Positions 1 through 13,957 of a DNA stretch of 64,000 nt are shown piece after piece. Source of the stretch: Octopus vulgaris. Lineage: Eukaryota. Position numbers and translations under genes: made by a program. The notes beneath the pieces were generated by a model that had not been told where the DNA came from, did no database searches, and worked only from the letters and a program-made list of their open reading frames with translations. The stretch lies in assembly GCA_951406725.2 (NCBI GenBank), contig OX597822.1, positions 31,868,001 through 31,932,000 on the forward strand, read 5' to 3'. Within the stretch, counting starts at the first letter, position 1; each line of letters opens with the position of its first letter.

Positions 1-149
1 TCTGCAAGGCACATATACAAAAGGCATGTTATATTATTAGTATGATTTGACACGATCAAAGCAGGTAAAGATAATGCGCTCGTGGAGCAGGGTCATGTGA
101 TGGCATTCTGCTGCAAGCATTCTCTTCTGTGTATTTGTACAAGATCTTA

Positions 150-287
150 ACTCGTGTGTGTGTGTGTGTGTTTGTGTGTTTGTGCGTGTATGTATGTATG
201 TATGTATGTATGTATGTATGTATGTATGTATGTATGTATGTATGTATGTATGTATGTATGTATGTATGCATGCATGCATGTATGTAT
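150..287. repeat. (TG)n plus (TATG)n microsatellite
   Basis: Direct reading; source of the HTYI/VCMY ORFs at 37-353. Confidence 0.95.
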
Positions 288-419
288 AACCTACGGTTTA
301 AGCTACACTCAGACACCATTGTTTGCATGATTTACAATTTCTATTTTGATTAGTTTAGCAATTAATTTTTTTTTAAATCAATAAATAGCATCGTTGAACA
401 ATCTTTATAAACAAAACCT

Positions 420-760
420 AAGGAGAATATTGCAAAAGCTAGATTAAGACATTCACTCTATACTTTTCCACGATAAGAAAAATTTCCAAGCAGGCTAGTT
501 CTTCAGAAACTTTTAATAAAAATTTCAACAACTCTTGCACTCCAGGCAGGTCTGCATCACCAGAATACTTAAGAAGAATCTGTGACTATCCATCAGGCTA
601 CTTCTTTAAAGAATGTCTAAAAACCACAGTAAAGAGAACCCAACTCCTGACACCCAACAGCATCTTGTTCGGCTGGCCTTGCTAATTTCCAGCAGAAGTT
701 CTGCTGTCAGACATTATGCTCTACACCCAGTTCTGAAAGTAAACTTTCTTTGATGCCAAT
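420..760 (+). mobile_element. Highly decayed RTE-like LINE ORF2 C-terminal remnant
   Basis: Broken frames give VCITRILK (cf. GCYTRMLR) and LFGWPC..EVLLSDIMLSTP (cf. LRFAGHC..E.VSDLLLW.P) in the expected order; weak similarity. Confidence 0.35.
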
Positions 761-803
761 CGGTGTCTGACTTCGCTTAACTTGATTGTGATCATGGAAT
801 ATA

Positions 804-911
804 GTATGTCTTCCGTGTGCTAGCGTGTTGCTATTTAACACACTAGCAAACGGAAGACATACCTCTCAGATCCGCTATTGCTCCTCATCGAGACAATAAC
901 GGATCTGAGAG
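804..911. other. Two abutting long hairpins
   Basis: 804-829 pairs with 837-862 (26 bp, 2 mismatches); 863-880 pairs with 894-911 (18 bp, 1 mismatch). Confidence 0.85.
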
Positions 912-1647
912 ATAGACTTCATCGATACGAAAGCCTACTGACTCAAGAACTCAGATATGATTATTGGGACTCTAATCTAGTATGGTTTTAATTGACGTTT
1001 CAGCGACTTGAATGTTTTCTTCGTTTTGTATTGCACAGTTATTAGGATAATAGATTTAACTTCACACTGGAACGGTATTACATTATCCAGAAAAATCTAG
1101 CATTTTCCTTGAAACAGAACACGAAATTAAGTGCATATCTTAAGAAGCTGTCCACTGTAAATTAAGTAGATCAGAATAACAATGAAAAACAAAATCCTAT
1201 TATCTAAATGACAGATACTAGAAAGGCAGAAAACTCTTGTCATATAAGAAACAAATGTTATTTACTTTACGAATGTGGAATCGGAAATTTGCAATAACAA
1301 ATCTCTTCGTTATTTACAATAGTAATTGAAAGTAATGGTAAATATATAAGAACGCACAGTTGTCTGAAACTTGGTTAAGTAATGAAAGGCCCTTGTATAT
1401 TATTATGCATCACAGCATCTCACAATGGTGCTAACTTTTGTGAGTAGCTTTCTCCAGTATCCTTTTTTTAAGTCTGTTCATGCCGTGTCAATATTCACTG
1501 CCCTTTCTTATGTTGAGATTATCAATAGCCAATAGACCCAAGAGCTTAAAATAGATAGAAGAGATACATGTTACTCGAAATTCCCATCATGCTTAATACT
1601 TAATGTTAATTGAGATATGCCTCTTCAAGAAAGCAGTATATAACTAT

Positions 1648-1875
1648 GGCGAGCTGGCAGAAACGTTAGCGCGCCGGGCGAAATGCTTAGCGGTATTTCG
1701 TCTGCCGTTACGTTCTGAGTTCAAATTCCGCCGAGGTCGACTTTGCCTTTCATCCTTTCGGGGTCGATAAATAAAGTACCAGTGTCGCACTGGGGTCGAT
1801 GTAATCGACTTAATCCCTTTGTCTGTCCCTGTTTGTCCCCTCTGTGTTTAGCCCCTTGTGGGCAGTAAAGAAATA
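1648..1875 (+). mobile_element. SINE family A (tRNA-derived head, Meta/MESC-like central domain)
   Basis: GGCGAGCTGGCAGAAACGTTAGC head, B-box-like GAGTTCAAATTCC, core GGTCGACTTTGCCTTTCATCCTTTCGGGGTCGATAAA; more than 15 copies or fragments in the window. Confidence 0.9.
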
Positions 1876-2506
1876 TAAAACTATTTACTTTGCAAGATTA
1901 GGCCTACAGAGCTTGTTTTCCTCTCTTCGGTAATTTTGTTTTATAAGTACAAATCTTACAGCTAGATTTGTACTTGAAACTTCATAGAATCTTTTTTAGC
2001 TCCGAACACAAATTAATGTATCCAGTTACCTTCAAACAGTATTTCATAAAATCATAACTGCTAGATATTACCTGGAAAATGAGGCGGCTGCTTTTATTGC
2101 GACATTTGTGAAGTAGTACCCATGGTAGAATATCATCTATTTTAAAGCGTTTGTAAGATTATTAATCTCTAAATTTTGCTAATTGATTATTACATTACAT
2201 TTACTTCAAGTTAATGAATAATGCGATAGGTTTAGAAGCTAATTTTGCTGATACATGTATAAACATGCACTATAAATTTAGAAAAAATATCTTTGCGGTA
2301 TTTAACTACGCCTCTTTACATTTTATGCTCAAATCCGGTTAATGTTGACGTTACCTTCCATTCCTCTACTGATCATAAAATACTTTCAAGTACCGGATTC
2401 GATTTTATTGTTTAAAAACCTCTCAATGTAATATTTGCTCCCAAAATTCACAATGCCTTATTAGCTATAAAAGGAACTAAGAATTCTGCTATGTGGTTTA
2501 ACAATC

Positions 2507-2718
2507 GGTGGCGAGCTGGCAGAAACGTTAGCACGCCGGGTGAAATGCGTAGTCGTATTTCGTTACGCTGTGAGTTCAAATTCCGCCGAGATCGACTTTG
2601 CTTTTCGGGGTCGATAAATTAGGTACCTTTTACGCACTGGGGTCGATGTAATCGACTTAATATCTATGTCTGTCCTTGTTTGTCCCCTCTATGTTTATCC
2701 CCTTGTGGGTAAGAAATA
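2507..2718 (+). mobile_element. SINE family A
   Basis: Near full-length match to the 1648-1875 copy. Confidence 0.9.
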
Positions 2719-3250
2719 AAAGCCCAATTCACACCCCTTTGGATAAAGGAAGGACTCTAGATAATACATGGATTGAATACGAAACCATGCTTTTGCTAAT
2801 CAAAAATTCTTATACACCCTGCATTTTTATCTGAAAGTTCAACATCTTAATTATTCGTGTAATACAAACTATAAAGTCAAACACTTCAATATTTTCTCAT
2901 GGAATCTCTGTTATTGATTGAACTTTAATATTATGTATATAAACATTATTTCATTAAACATATGTTTGTAACTTGTCATTTTCATGGCGGCTTTACTTCC
3001 CTGATTGAATTATTTTAACAAAAGAGAAAATCACTTTAAATCTAAAGTGGAATACATTTTGAGAATTAATTATTCATTTTTCACTTATCTTAATCTTTTG
3101 AACTGTAAGGAACTATAATCATTTAAAATTAATTTTCTTGATGTAGATGATAGTTATGTTTTTTTTTCTTTATTTCGATTTTTTTCATGTATATTTAAAG
3201 ATTTAAGTTTGTTTAAATTTTCACTTGCTTTGCTGAATTCAAATGTATGA

Positions 3251-3291
<41 letters not shown>

Positions 3292-3795
3292 GCGCGAAGA
3301 AGACAAAGAAGAAGAGAATGAAGAAGAAAAACAAGGAGGAGAACAGAGAAGAGCAATAACAACAAGAAGACGAAGAAGAAAAAGGTACGAAGAAAAAGAA
3401 GAACAACAACAACAACAAGAAAACAGAAAAATATACGAAGAAGAGCAACAGCAACAACAAGAAAACGAAGAAAGAAATATGAAGAAGAAAGAAGAAGAAG
3501 AAGAAGAAGAAGAAGAAGAAGAAGACGACGAAGAAGAAGACGAAGAAGAAAAAAGATATGAAGAAGAAGAAGAAGAAGAAGAAGAAGAAGAAGAAGAAGA
3601 GCAACAACAACAACAACAAGAAAACGAAGAAGAAAAAGATACGAAGAAAAGCAACAACAACAACAAGAAGACGAAGGAAGAGATACGAAGATGCGATAAA
3701 AGAAAAACAAAAGTGAAAGATGAAGAAGAAAGTATGAGAGGTGAGAGAGAAAATAAAGGAATAGAAGGAGAGAGAGAGAGAGAGAGAGAGAGAGG
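3251..3795. repeat. (TG)n, degenerate (GAA/CAA)n purine-rich tract and (GA)n
   Basis: Low complexity; gives overlapping poly-E, poly-S, poly-L and poly-F ORFs in several frames. Confidence 0.9.
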
Positions 3796-4237
3796 CACAT
3801 ACAGAGTGGATGTCAAATTTATTGCAAAAATTTATGTTCAACAACTGCATTTGATAGATGACATGGAATTGGTTAAGCATTTTTTTTTTTGGCATTAATT
3901 CAAAGAACTCAAAGACAATATGCATTTCTACATAACAACAACTACAAAACTGCGGGGAATAAAAGCAACAGAAAACGGAAACAAAAAATTTGGCCAGTCG
4001 CGATCGTGTAAGCAAAAGATAGGATATTAAGTGGAGCAGAAAATGTCATATTTGATTGATGTAGCTCCTCCTGCTAGTTCTTGCATTTCATGTAATTATG
4101 TGATAATACTGAAATAATGCTGACATATTTACGATTTTTATCTTCATGTAAAGAATAACAGAACGTGTACGTGTGTAAGACTACATATATGTATGCCCGT
4201 ACGTATGTATATACGTATGCATATGAGGTGTGTATAT

Positions 4238-4405
<168 letters not shown>

Positions 4406-4518
4406 GTTTATAGTTACGTACGTATGTGTGTGCGGATGTATACATATGAATGTATAAATGTATATTAATCACTCTTATTGAGCATGCTTTGAATTTTATA
4501 TTCAGTGAGGTATTAATA

Positions 4519-4832
4519 TGAAGGCGCATGTCTCAGTGGTTAGAGTTTCGGGCACACAATCATGACATAGTGAGTTCGATACCCGTCCTATTCTTGAGTA
4601 AGACGTCTTTTTTCATGTTGCTCCAGTTCATTCGTCTGTAGAAATGAGGTGTCACTGGTGTGAAGCTGTATGGGCCTTAGCCTTTCCCTTGAATAAGATC
4701 GGCATCATAGATATGGGAGCCTGGTATGCATGAGCGACTGTTGGTCTTCCATAGACAGCCTTGCTCGGACATGTGCGTGGAAGGGTAACTTTCTATGTGC
4801 AATCCCATGGTCAGACATGACTGAAGGAGGAC
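4519..4832 (+). mobile_element. SINE family D (tRNA head, CORE-like CTTGAGCAAGACACTT segment)
   Basis: TGAAGGCGCATGTCTCAGTGGTTAGAG...GAGTTCGATACC; homologous to copies at 29870, 30580 and 57885. Confidence 0.8.
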
Positions 4833-4927
4833 TTGCTGTATTTATCTGTACATGCATAAATGCATTAGCTACATGTGCATGCATGCATGCATGCATGCAT
4901 ACATACATACATACATACATACATACA

Positions 4928-4958
<31 letters not shown>

Positions 4959-5176
4959 GATATGATATGATATATATATGTTGTATTCTCAACATAAAAC
5001 AACGCAAAACCAGAGACATTTTACGATCTGACTGGGTCATTCATAGACTAATGTGTTTACAGACATATTGAGTATAAAGAGCATGAGTAGAAATTTTTCC
5101 TGAGAATATTGGCGCCCAAACATGTCTTCCAACGTCCCTGCATAGAATGTGCTAAATCTCACTGTAGGCCCGCGTG

Positions 5177-5242
<66 letters not shown>

Positions 5243-5245
<3 letters not shown>

Positions 5246-5446
5246 TCTGTAGAAGTGATATGTGACAATTATTCGGTAGCCATGATAAAACTCCGAGTTT
5301 CGTATGCCGAGGTGGAAATCCACGCCGCCATCTCTTCAGTTATCCGGCCATCGGAAAAAATGGTATGAAATTTCCACCTCGGCATACGAAACTCGGAGTT
5401 ATATCATGGCTACCGAATAATTGTCACATATCACTTTTACAGATAT
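5243..5446. mobile_element. Fold-back element with 77-bp inverted arms beside (TA)n; probable Penelope-like element end
   Basis: 5243-5319 is the reverse complement of 5370-5446 with 2 mismatches; contains a hammerhead motif. Confidence 0.65.
5284..5344 (-). ncRNA. Type I hammerhead ribozyme-like motif
   Basis: Minus strand: GAUAA CUGAAGA [GAUGGCGGCGUGGAUUUCCACCUCGGCAUAC, stem II] GAAA CUCGGAG UU UUAUC; stem I GAUAA/UUAUC, GUU cleavage triplet. Confidence 0.7.
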
Positions 5447-5531
5447 GTCACATATTACTTTTACATATAAATTCCTCTATTTAGATAATATCGAGGTCTC
5501 TTTCATTCTTTTGTTGTCTTACCATTTTTAT

Positions 5532-5627
<96 letters not shown>

Positions 5628-5774
5628 AAATACGTACATATATGTATATATATACATATATATACATATACATACATACATATATATACATTTTTTTTGT
5701 ACATACATATATATATATATTATTTATATCATTATACGTTTGAACGCCACGCATCCATTTCCAAATTAGTTTAT

Positions 5775-5817
<43 letters not shown>

Positions 5818-6475
5818 CTTATCTTCGTCATTAAAATAAATAAACATATAAATAATTTATCATAAAATAATATCTATCACCACCAAACCAAGAATACTGC
5901 CATCACTCCTACAAATACCAGAACGACGAACACCATCATCATCATCATCATCGTCTTCAGCAGCAACAACAACAACACCATAACCACCACCATCGCCATC
6001 ATCATCATCATCATCATCATCATCTTCAATTCTGGTTTCCCCTTTGCCAGCACTGGCTCTGTGGAAACAGATGGAAATGTCAAAATCTGAATACAACTTT
6101 TGAGAATCCTTGCATACCTCAAGCTGTAGATATGTTGTGTACCAATTAACCTCCCACGGGCGGCACCTACACCGTTGTAAATTCTTTACTGTTGATAATG
6201 TACAGAACCCGATGAGTCTTACTCTTTTCACGCTCCAATAAATCAATATTAATCATTCCCTTGTATTTTAAATTGCATTTATATATGTGCGTGTTTTATA
6301 CGTACACTCATACACACACATATTTCATATCTATTTATCAGTCTGTCTGTCTGTCTATCTATCAATCTGCTTGCCTGCCTGCCTGCCTGCCTGCCTGTCT
6401 GCCTGCCTGCCTGCCTGTCTGCCTGCCTGCCTGCCTATCTGTCTATCTATCTAGCTATATATTTGTGTGTGTGTG

Positions 6476-6526
<51 letters not shown>

Positions 6527-6608
6527 ACACGCACACACATAGCAACGTATATATCTACAACTATATTACCGGCGCGCGCAAACACACAGACACACATATA
6601 TACATAGT

Positions 6609-6682
<74 letters not shown>

Positions 6683-6978
6683 CAGACAGAGAGGCAGGCA
6701 CACTGACAGGAACGATAGTCTACTCGAACCCGATGTTTTGGACTGATGTTGAGCTTAGAATTTACCATTCGTGAAATATCAAAATTGCTTGAGAGGAAAG
6801 AGAAGCTATCACCTGGACATTGCTGTTGTTAGGCTGTATCTGGTCACCAAAGCACAAATTATTGTTCGACTATTCTGTAATCCGTACGCTAGAAGTTCGA
6901 TATCAAAAGTGTAGCTTTGGTAATTGCAAAAGACAAGGTTAGCAGATTGTTAAGATGGGACCCGTTCAGTGGATATTC

Positions 6979-7205
6979 TATTTCTTTACTACCCACAAGG
7001 GGCTAAACACAGAGAGGACAAACAGGGACAGACAAACGGATTAAGTCGATTACATCGACCCCAGTGCGTAACTGGTACTTAATTTATCGACCCCGAAAGG
7101 ATGAAAGGCAAAGTCGACCTCGGCGGAATTTGAACTCAGAACGTAGCGGCAGACGAAATACTGCTAAGCATTTCGCCCGGAATGCTAACGATTCTGCCAC
7201 CTCGC
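6979..7205 (-). mobile_element. SINE family A with 12-bp TSD
   Basis: Reverse-complement copy flanked by CAGTGGATATTC at 6967-6978 and 7206-7217. Confidence 0.92.
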
Positions 7206-7559
7206 CAGTGGATATTCAGAGCTCAAACCACTGCAAGGTTACCGCCATTCAGAGGTATGCACCAAGAAATCCAGCCGATGATGTGGTGAAAGATGAATGC
7301 TTTGAAATGGTATATCCTAGTTGTATCCAACGTCTGTTGTTATATGCTCTTGTAAAGTAAGGACCTGATTGCTAACTAAGTCCAGGTCTGATAATATTGA
7401 TTATGTAAAGATGTAAAAAATAAATCTATGATATGAGGAAAAGTAATGCTGAACATCCTGCTCGTTTATGGATGAACAAGTGCTTCTTATTTACATACTG
7501 AATCTGAAGATATTTGTTCTGCGTTCATGACAATTGCAGTCTAATTGCAATTGGTGTGT

Positions 7560-8270
7560 TCGATTTCGTTTATGTTCCATTTACATAGTCACAGGTCAAC
7601 CCGTGCAAGCGAAATAGCAGAAGGTCAATGTTTTAGGGAATAAGGAATGGACGTAGGGAATAGTGCAGAGCCGGGAAAATTGGACGCAAGAAGGATGATG
7701 ATAGCTAGGAAGACGAGATGATCGAGAATGTTTGGTTTGTAAAAGTACAGAAGAACCAACTGATTGAACTCCGTTATTGTGGTAATAGAAGAAAGAGAGA
7801 AGCAGGGGGAGACAGAGGGTGGAACTCGTCTATCTATGATTGAGTGCCAGTTAGTTCGGTGAATCCTACTAAGAATAGGATTCAGGCTGTCTCTGAGAGT
7901 AACATTCTGTTGGGGGTCTCATTTGAGATTTGTAGATGGTCACCATTTGTTGAGAGTTGAAATATTTAGAGGTACTGAATAGAAGGGCAGGCTTTTGAAA
8001 TGTTTCATTGTAGATATTACATTTCTTCAGAACTGCCATCTTTAAGCTCACATACATTTCATAAGTCAGTAGATCGTTCAATAAGATCGGCTATTTTATG
8101 GTCAATACGAAATGGTGTCGATCGTTCATAGAAGTTCTAATTAATGGCTCACAATACTGCTGACCGGTAACGGGAAACTGGAATATGATCGATGCAATCC
8201 ACCTCGGGTGCTTGAGAAAGATTTCCTGCATCTTCTGGTCCGACGTAATGTCAATGTCGGTGCTAAACGA
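7560..8270 (-). mobile_element. Decayed Jockey/CR1-group LINE ORF2 C-terminal fragment
   Basis: SKYFNSQQMVTIYKSQMRPPTECYS (cf. YF...LL.LYKAQIRP.MEYCS), then RSSRLPSYHHPSCVQFSRLCTIPYVHSLFPKT (cf. RSTR..HP..V...RT..Y..SFFPRT). Confidence 0.6.
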
Positions 8271-8980
8271 CTAAACTAGTTACATTCATGTTTTACTTAA
8301 AATAAAACACAAACACCTCAAAAGGAATGGCCAGATATTAATAATGGGCTGGGACAGGATTACAAATGAAGCATTAAAGATTAGCAATGCCTGTAAAATA
8401 AGTGCAGATGGCCCTAAAACAAAAAAAAAATATTGACATAAATATTTGAAGATGAACCGAGGAAAACTGTATCTTACCCGAGACAAGACACAAAAAGAAA
8501 TTAAAGTCTGGGCCAAATGAATTCGATGCCCAATGAAAATATATTTCACTGAGGAGATCTAATAAAATCGAAACATGTCAGTTGTTGTTATCGGTTGGCT
8601 TTATAAGTCAGATACACTTTAGTCTATATTCTTCATACTACTCAAATAATGCAATCAACTGATCATACAGGAGTTACATCCCTTCCTTGATTTATTTTAC
8701 ATTTAAAACACTCCTATATGAAGTTTTTGTTCAGTAATTGCTTCGATAATTTCATCTCGTTGAGGTTTTAGAACTTACTGCTATTCATATGTGAGACTAT
8801 TATGTTTGTGAATAATTTGATTTGTGCAGTCTTCGTCTTGTTTATTTCCGAACTCCATTGCCTTCTTCTCATCAATTTTATTAACAAACGATATTTCATC
8901 TGGGTCAGTATTCTACTGGCCTCTAATGTGAGCCGTCATACCGCCAACGACACGACGATCTTAAACACTGCTATTGCTGT

Positions 8981-9034
<54 letters not shown>

Positions 9035-9692
9035 CACCACCAACACCACCACCACAACCATCATCACCACTACGATTATCTCTATATGTACACTAGTATC
9101 AACATTACTACCAATGATATCTTTAACCCCGCTACCACCACCACAGCTCTACCAACAGCAACAACAACAACATTACTAATAATAAATTTACCATAACCAA
9201 CACCAACAACAACAGCAACAACAGCAACTTCAACACTGTCTTAATATCCAATATCCATATCTGACATCTGTATCATGATACATTATGCAATCACCAATTT
9301 TTCATGCTGGCATGGATTAGAAACGGTCATGCTGCTAAGGCCTATCTCATTTTCTCTCTCTCTCTCTCCCTCCCTTACTCTCTCTCTCTCTCTCATTATC
9401 TCTCCCTTTCTATCAATCTCTATCACTGTCTCATCCACCACTCTCGCCCCCCTCTCTCTCTCTCTCTCCTCATGTCTCTTGGTCTTGCTCTCTTTCTACT
9501 CATCTTTTCCTTCATCTTCAATCATTTCTTTGCTTAATCCGAATTTTCTTGGGATTAACTAAAGCAAGTTCAGCATGACCTACTCCACTCTGCAATGCAT
9601 CCGCAACCTAAGTCTGTTCTTGCTAACATCTGCTCCTAATTCTTTGCTGATTTCAAAGGCGATTTGCCATTCCTTTTCTCAGAGGTAATAGA

Positions 9693-9895
<203 letters not shown>

Positions 9896-10033
9896 CAACT
9901 TAGGAACTCAGAAACAAATTTCCTAAGAATATATTTACATTTATTTGATATCTTCCTTGCTTTGATATTTACAATATTTTATCATATATACTTATGTGTG
10001 TGTGTGAGTGTAAATTTACGTATGTGTATATGC

Positions 10034-10065
<32 letters not shown>

Positions 10066-10558
10066 TTAAGTTTACACCCCCACACACATAAATATATATG
10101 ATAAAATCTGATATATATATATATATATATATAAATATTACATGAATATATACATGTGTACATACATATACAAACATACATACACATAAATATATGTATG
10201 TATATGCATACATACATATGTACGTGCATGCATACATACATACAAATATATTTATATATATATATATATATATTGTATGTATTTATGTATTCTTACTTCT
10301 ATATATTTCCATAATGTTGTAAATTGGATTGTGTAACTTTATCATATCCACAAGCTTAACCAGACTTTGTTGGGATTAACTGAAGTACAGGATAGTACTC
10401 ATATTTTGCCTTAAGCTACTACCTATATTCACATGACCATCTGCCACTAATTGTTTGTTGTTTGAAAACTAGTTTCTTGGAGTCAAGTGTTTCTACCAAA
10501 CATCACTCTCAGCTCTCTCTTTTCCAAAATGGATTTTTCTTTTGTAGTGCAAATAAAT

Positions 10559-10724
10559 GGCACAGGCGTGGCTGTGTGGTAAGCAGCTTGCTTACCAACC
10601 ACAATTCCAGGTTCAGTCCCACTGTGTGGCACCTTGGGCAAGTGTTATCCACTATATCCTTGGGTTGACAAAAGCTTTGTGATTAGATTTGATAGATGGA
10701 AACTGAAAGAAGCCTATCATATAA

Positions 10725-10776
<52 letters not shown>

Positions 10777-10992
10777 TTCTATATCTGTATTTTTCTCCCC
10801 AGCTTTGCTTGACAACCGATGCTGGTGTGTTTACGTCCCCGTAAGTTAGCGGTTTGGCGAAAGATACCGATAGAATAAATACTAGGCTTACAACAAATAA
10901 GTCCTGGCGTCGATTTGCTCAACTAACGGTGGTGCTCCAGCATGAGTACAGTCAAATGACTGAAGCAAATAAAAGAATAAAGAATAAAAGAA
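10559..10992 (+). mobile_element. SINE family B (tRNA head, CORE-like ACCTTGGGCAAG, internal microsatellite, LINE-like tail)
   Basis: GGCTGTGTGGTAAG...GGTTCAGTCCCACTG..GGCACCTTGGGCAAGTG; tail GGTGCTCCAGCATG...TGACTGAA...(TAAAAGAA)n. Confidence 0.9.
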
Positions 10993-11321
10993 TGGCGGTG
11001 GTACTGGCATACTGGCAGTACTGTCTAAAAGATATTAACCACTTCGTACTGATAAGATTCAGTTGTATTGAAATAGTGACTCCTATACATTAGATATTAA
11101 AAACTTTATTACTGCAACACAAAAAGAAAAAAGCATGAAATTATTTTGAATATCAAAAATATGTGATGTACTTCACTCCTTCAAACTTACATCACTAACA
11201 AGAAATAAAATTCCTGGCAAGATGGTTGTCTCCCTTGAAATGTGAAGCAGCAACCAATAAATGAGTGACAAACAGGAACCAACTAACAAAGGGGACTTTC
11301 TTCACACAAATCACTTATTAA

Positions 11322-11890
11322 CCCTTTAGTATTCAGATTTCTTTGCCAAGTGTATTGTTTATTTACATTGTTCTGAATTAAGGCTGTGTAGTAAGTAGCA
11401 TGCTTACCAACCACATGGTTCCGGGTTCAGTCCCACTGTGTGGTACTTTGGGCAAATGTCTTCTACAATAGCCTCGGGCTGACCAAAGCCTTGTGAGTGG
11501 ATTTGGTAGATGGAAACTGAAAGAAACCTGTCGTATATTTATATATATATGTGTGTGTGTGCGTGTATGTTTATGTGTTTGTATTTGTGCCCCCAACATA
11601 GCTTGACAACCAATGCTGGTGTGTTTATGTCCCTGTAACTTAGTAGCTCTGCAAAAGTGACTGATAGAATAAGTACTTGGCTTACAAAAAATAAATCCTG
11701 GGGTCAGTTTGATTGACTAAAGGTAGTGCTCCAGCATGGCTGCAGTCAAATGACTGAAACAAGTAAAAGAGTATCTCTTAGCTTCAAGGTTTCAATGATG
11801 TGATTACATATTCTTAAAATGATATTGTAGGGTAGGTGTGAGATGGTGCATCTGGTTAGTTTTAGCATAAAACACATAGAATATTTGAGC
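11322..11890. mobile_element. piggyBac-like MITE remnant interrupted by a SINE B
   Basis: TTAA|CCCTTTAG start; the part after the SINE (ATTGTAGGGTAGGTGTGAGA) is the reverse complement of the 16557-16722 element; far end not seen. Confidence 0.55.
11381..11772 (+). mobile_element. SINE family B
   Basis: Near full-length match to 10559-10992. Confidence 0.9.
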
Positions 11891-13600
11891 AAGTTATGAC
11901 CCAAATATTCTATAAGAACATATGGTATTCTTGTTGGCAACCCTCCCCTGTTTCCATGTAATTGTCACCCAGAAAACAGATGGTTTTTCACAGAAATGAA
12001 AGAACACTGCTTGTATAGTTATAGCACTCATTTATAAATGTTGTTGAATTTCAAGGCAGAGAGATACAGACACACATAGCAACAGCCATGCACAGACACA
12101 TGCATATGCGTCTGTGTATGTTCACATACATGCATTATATGTATGTATGTTTTGTCCTTTGTTTTCTAACTACCAAATCCTTTCTCAAAATTTGGTCAAC
12201 CCAGGGCTATTGTAAAAGACACTTACACAAGATGTCATTGACTGGGATGGAACCTGAATCCGTGTGGCTGATGTGAACTTCCAAACCACACAGCTATTCT
12301 TTATTCGTTTTACTTCAGACTTCCTCAGTTTCTTTCTCACCTTTTTGAAAACAAAAAGAAACAAATCAATTTCTCTTCAGTTCAAGGTCTCACCTAATAC
12401 TACCTGACAGGTGAGCAATACACATTAATTTCATAGTGAGACATGTGTTTGAAATGGAATTTGGGGGGGAGAATATATAAAGTTTTTTTGTTTTTTTTTA
12501 CAAAGGTGCTACTATGGCTGTATAGTTCGGAAGTTCATTTTGCTAACATCTAGTTAGTTCCATGTTCAATCCTACTGAGCAGCACCTTGGGAAATTGTTT
12601 TGTTAATATTGTCAGATACAGTAGCCTGGTATAGTTTTCTGGCTGGCTCCAGTCAAACTCTCCAACCCATGCCAACATGGAAAGTAGAGGCTAAACGATG
12701 TTGACGATGATGATGAGTCTCACACTGACTAATGCCTTATAAGAGAATAAATAGAATGAATGCCAAACATATAATTAGTACTGGGATTGATTTATTTGAT
12801 TGAACCGTTCAAAGTATTGCCCCAGCATGGCCACAGTTCAATCCTGGAAACAAGGTAAAGTTAATAGATAATTACTCAAACACCTAAATACACTCCACTG
12901 GAAGCAAATTGCCGGGCTGCATCAAGCTCCAATGAAACCCTACCAAAGGTGATACTAGAGCCTGACACAGCCCTGGTGCTCACATGTTCCCTATCAAACA
13001 ATCTTATCCATGCCAGCATGGAAAGCAAAGCAGATGTTAAATGATGATGATGATGATGGCTTTCACCTGTAAAAATGGCACTTGACAGGTACTTTCGGTT
13101 ATTAATCTCAGAAGGATAAAAGGCAATTCTATACTGGCGGGATTTGAACTTAGATCATAAAGATCTCAATCAAGCATTATAAGTCATATTTTGCAAAGTG
13201 TAAACAATTTTGTCAATCCCTTGTTATCTTTAAATACTTGTGTGTTATTTAACCAGAACATGGTGTAAATAGCATGCAAGTATTATGTAACTGCTTCAGT
13301 GGCACAATTGGTTATGGAAGTGATTTTCTGTTTTACACTACAAGAAACATCACTGCTTTTTCCAAAGACTCATTCAACTTCAAACAACCTTGAATATCAC
13401 ATTAAATTACATCCAAGCTACACACACACACATATATATATATATATATGAATTATAAATTAAAGATAAAACCACTATTATATGACTCAAACATTGATAG
13501 ACATAAACCAATATAAATATAACAAATACTATATATTTTTATAAAACATATAACTTATAACTAGATCTCAAAAAGTATAAAAATGAATGATCAATATATA

Positions 13601-13632
<32 letters not shown>

Positions 13633-13635
<3 letters not shown>

Positions 13636-13957
13636 AAGGCACGTGATTTAGTGGTTAAGGCATTCGGCTCCTGATCGCAAGGTCGTGAGTTCAATTCCCA
13701 GCATCACTTTCTGTCCTTGAGCAAGACACTTTATTTCACGTTGCCCCAGTTCACTCAGCTGGCAAAAATGAGTAGTACATGTATTTCAAAAGGCCAGCCT
13801 TGTCACACTCTGTGTCACACTGATTCTCTCCAAGAACTACGTTAAGGGTACACGTGTTTGTGGAGTGCTCAGTCACTTGCAAGTTAATTTCATGAGTAAG
13901 CTGTTCTGTTGATTGTATCAGCTGGGACCCTCATCGTCGCAACCGACGGAGTGCTCC
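13633..13957 (+). mobile_element. Mosaic SINE: family D-type head plus family C 3' half
   Basis: Head and CTTGAGCAAGACACTTTATTTCACGTTG match D; TGTATTTCAAA...AACCGACGGAGTGCTC matches the 3' half of C (60106-60498). Confidence 0.8.

Noticed and set aside
1945-1975. Perfect 12-bp hairpin AAGTACAAATCT/AGATTTGTACTT
   Set aside because: Real but short and AT-rich, with no context suggesting function
3154-4015. Four overlapping ORFs of 195-258 aa (poly-E, poly-S, poly-L, poly-F)
   Set aside because: All come from one (GAA/CAA)n tract that lacks stops in several frames; no domain or splice support
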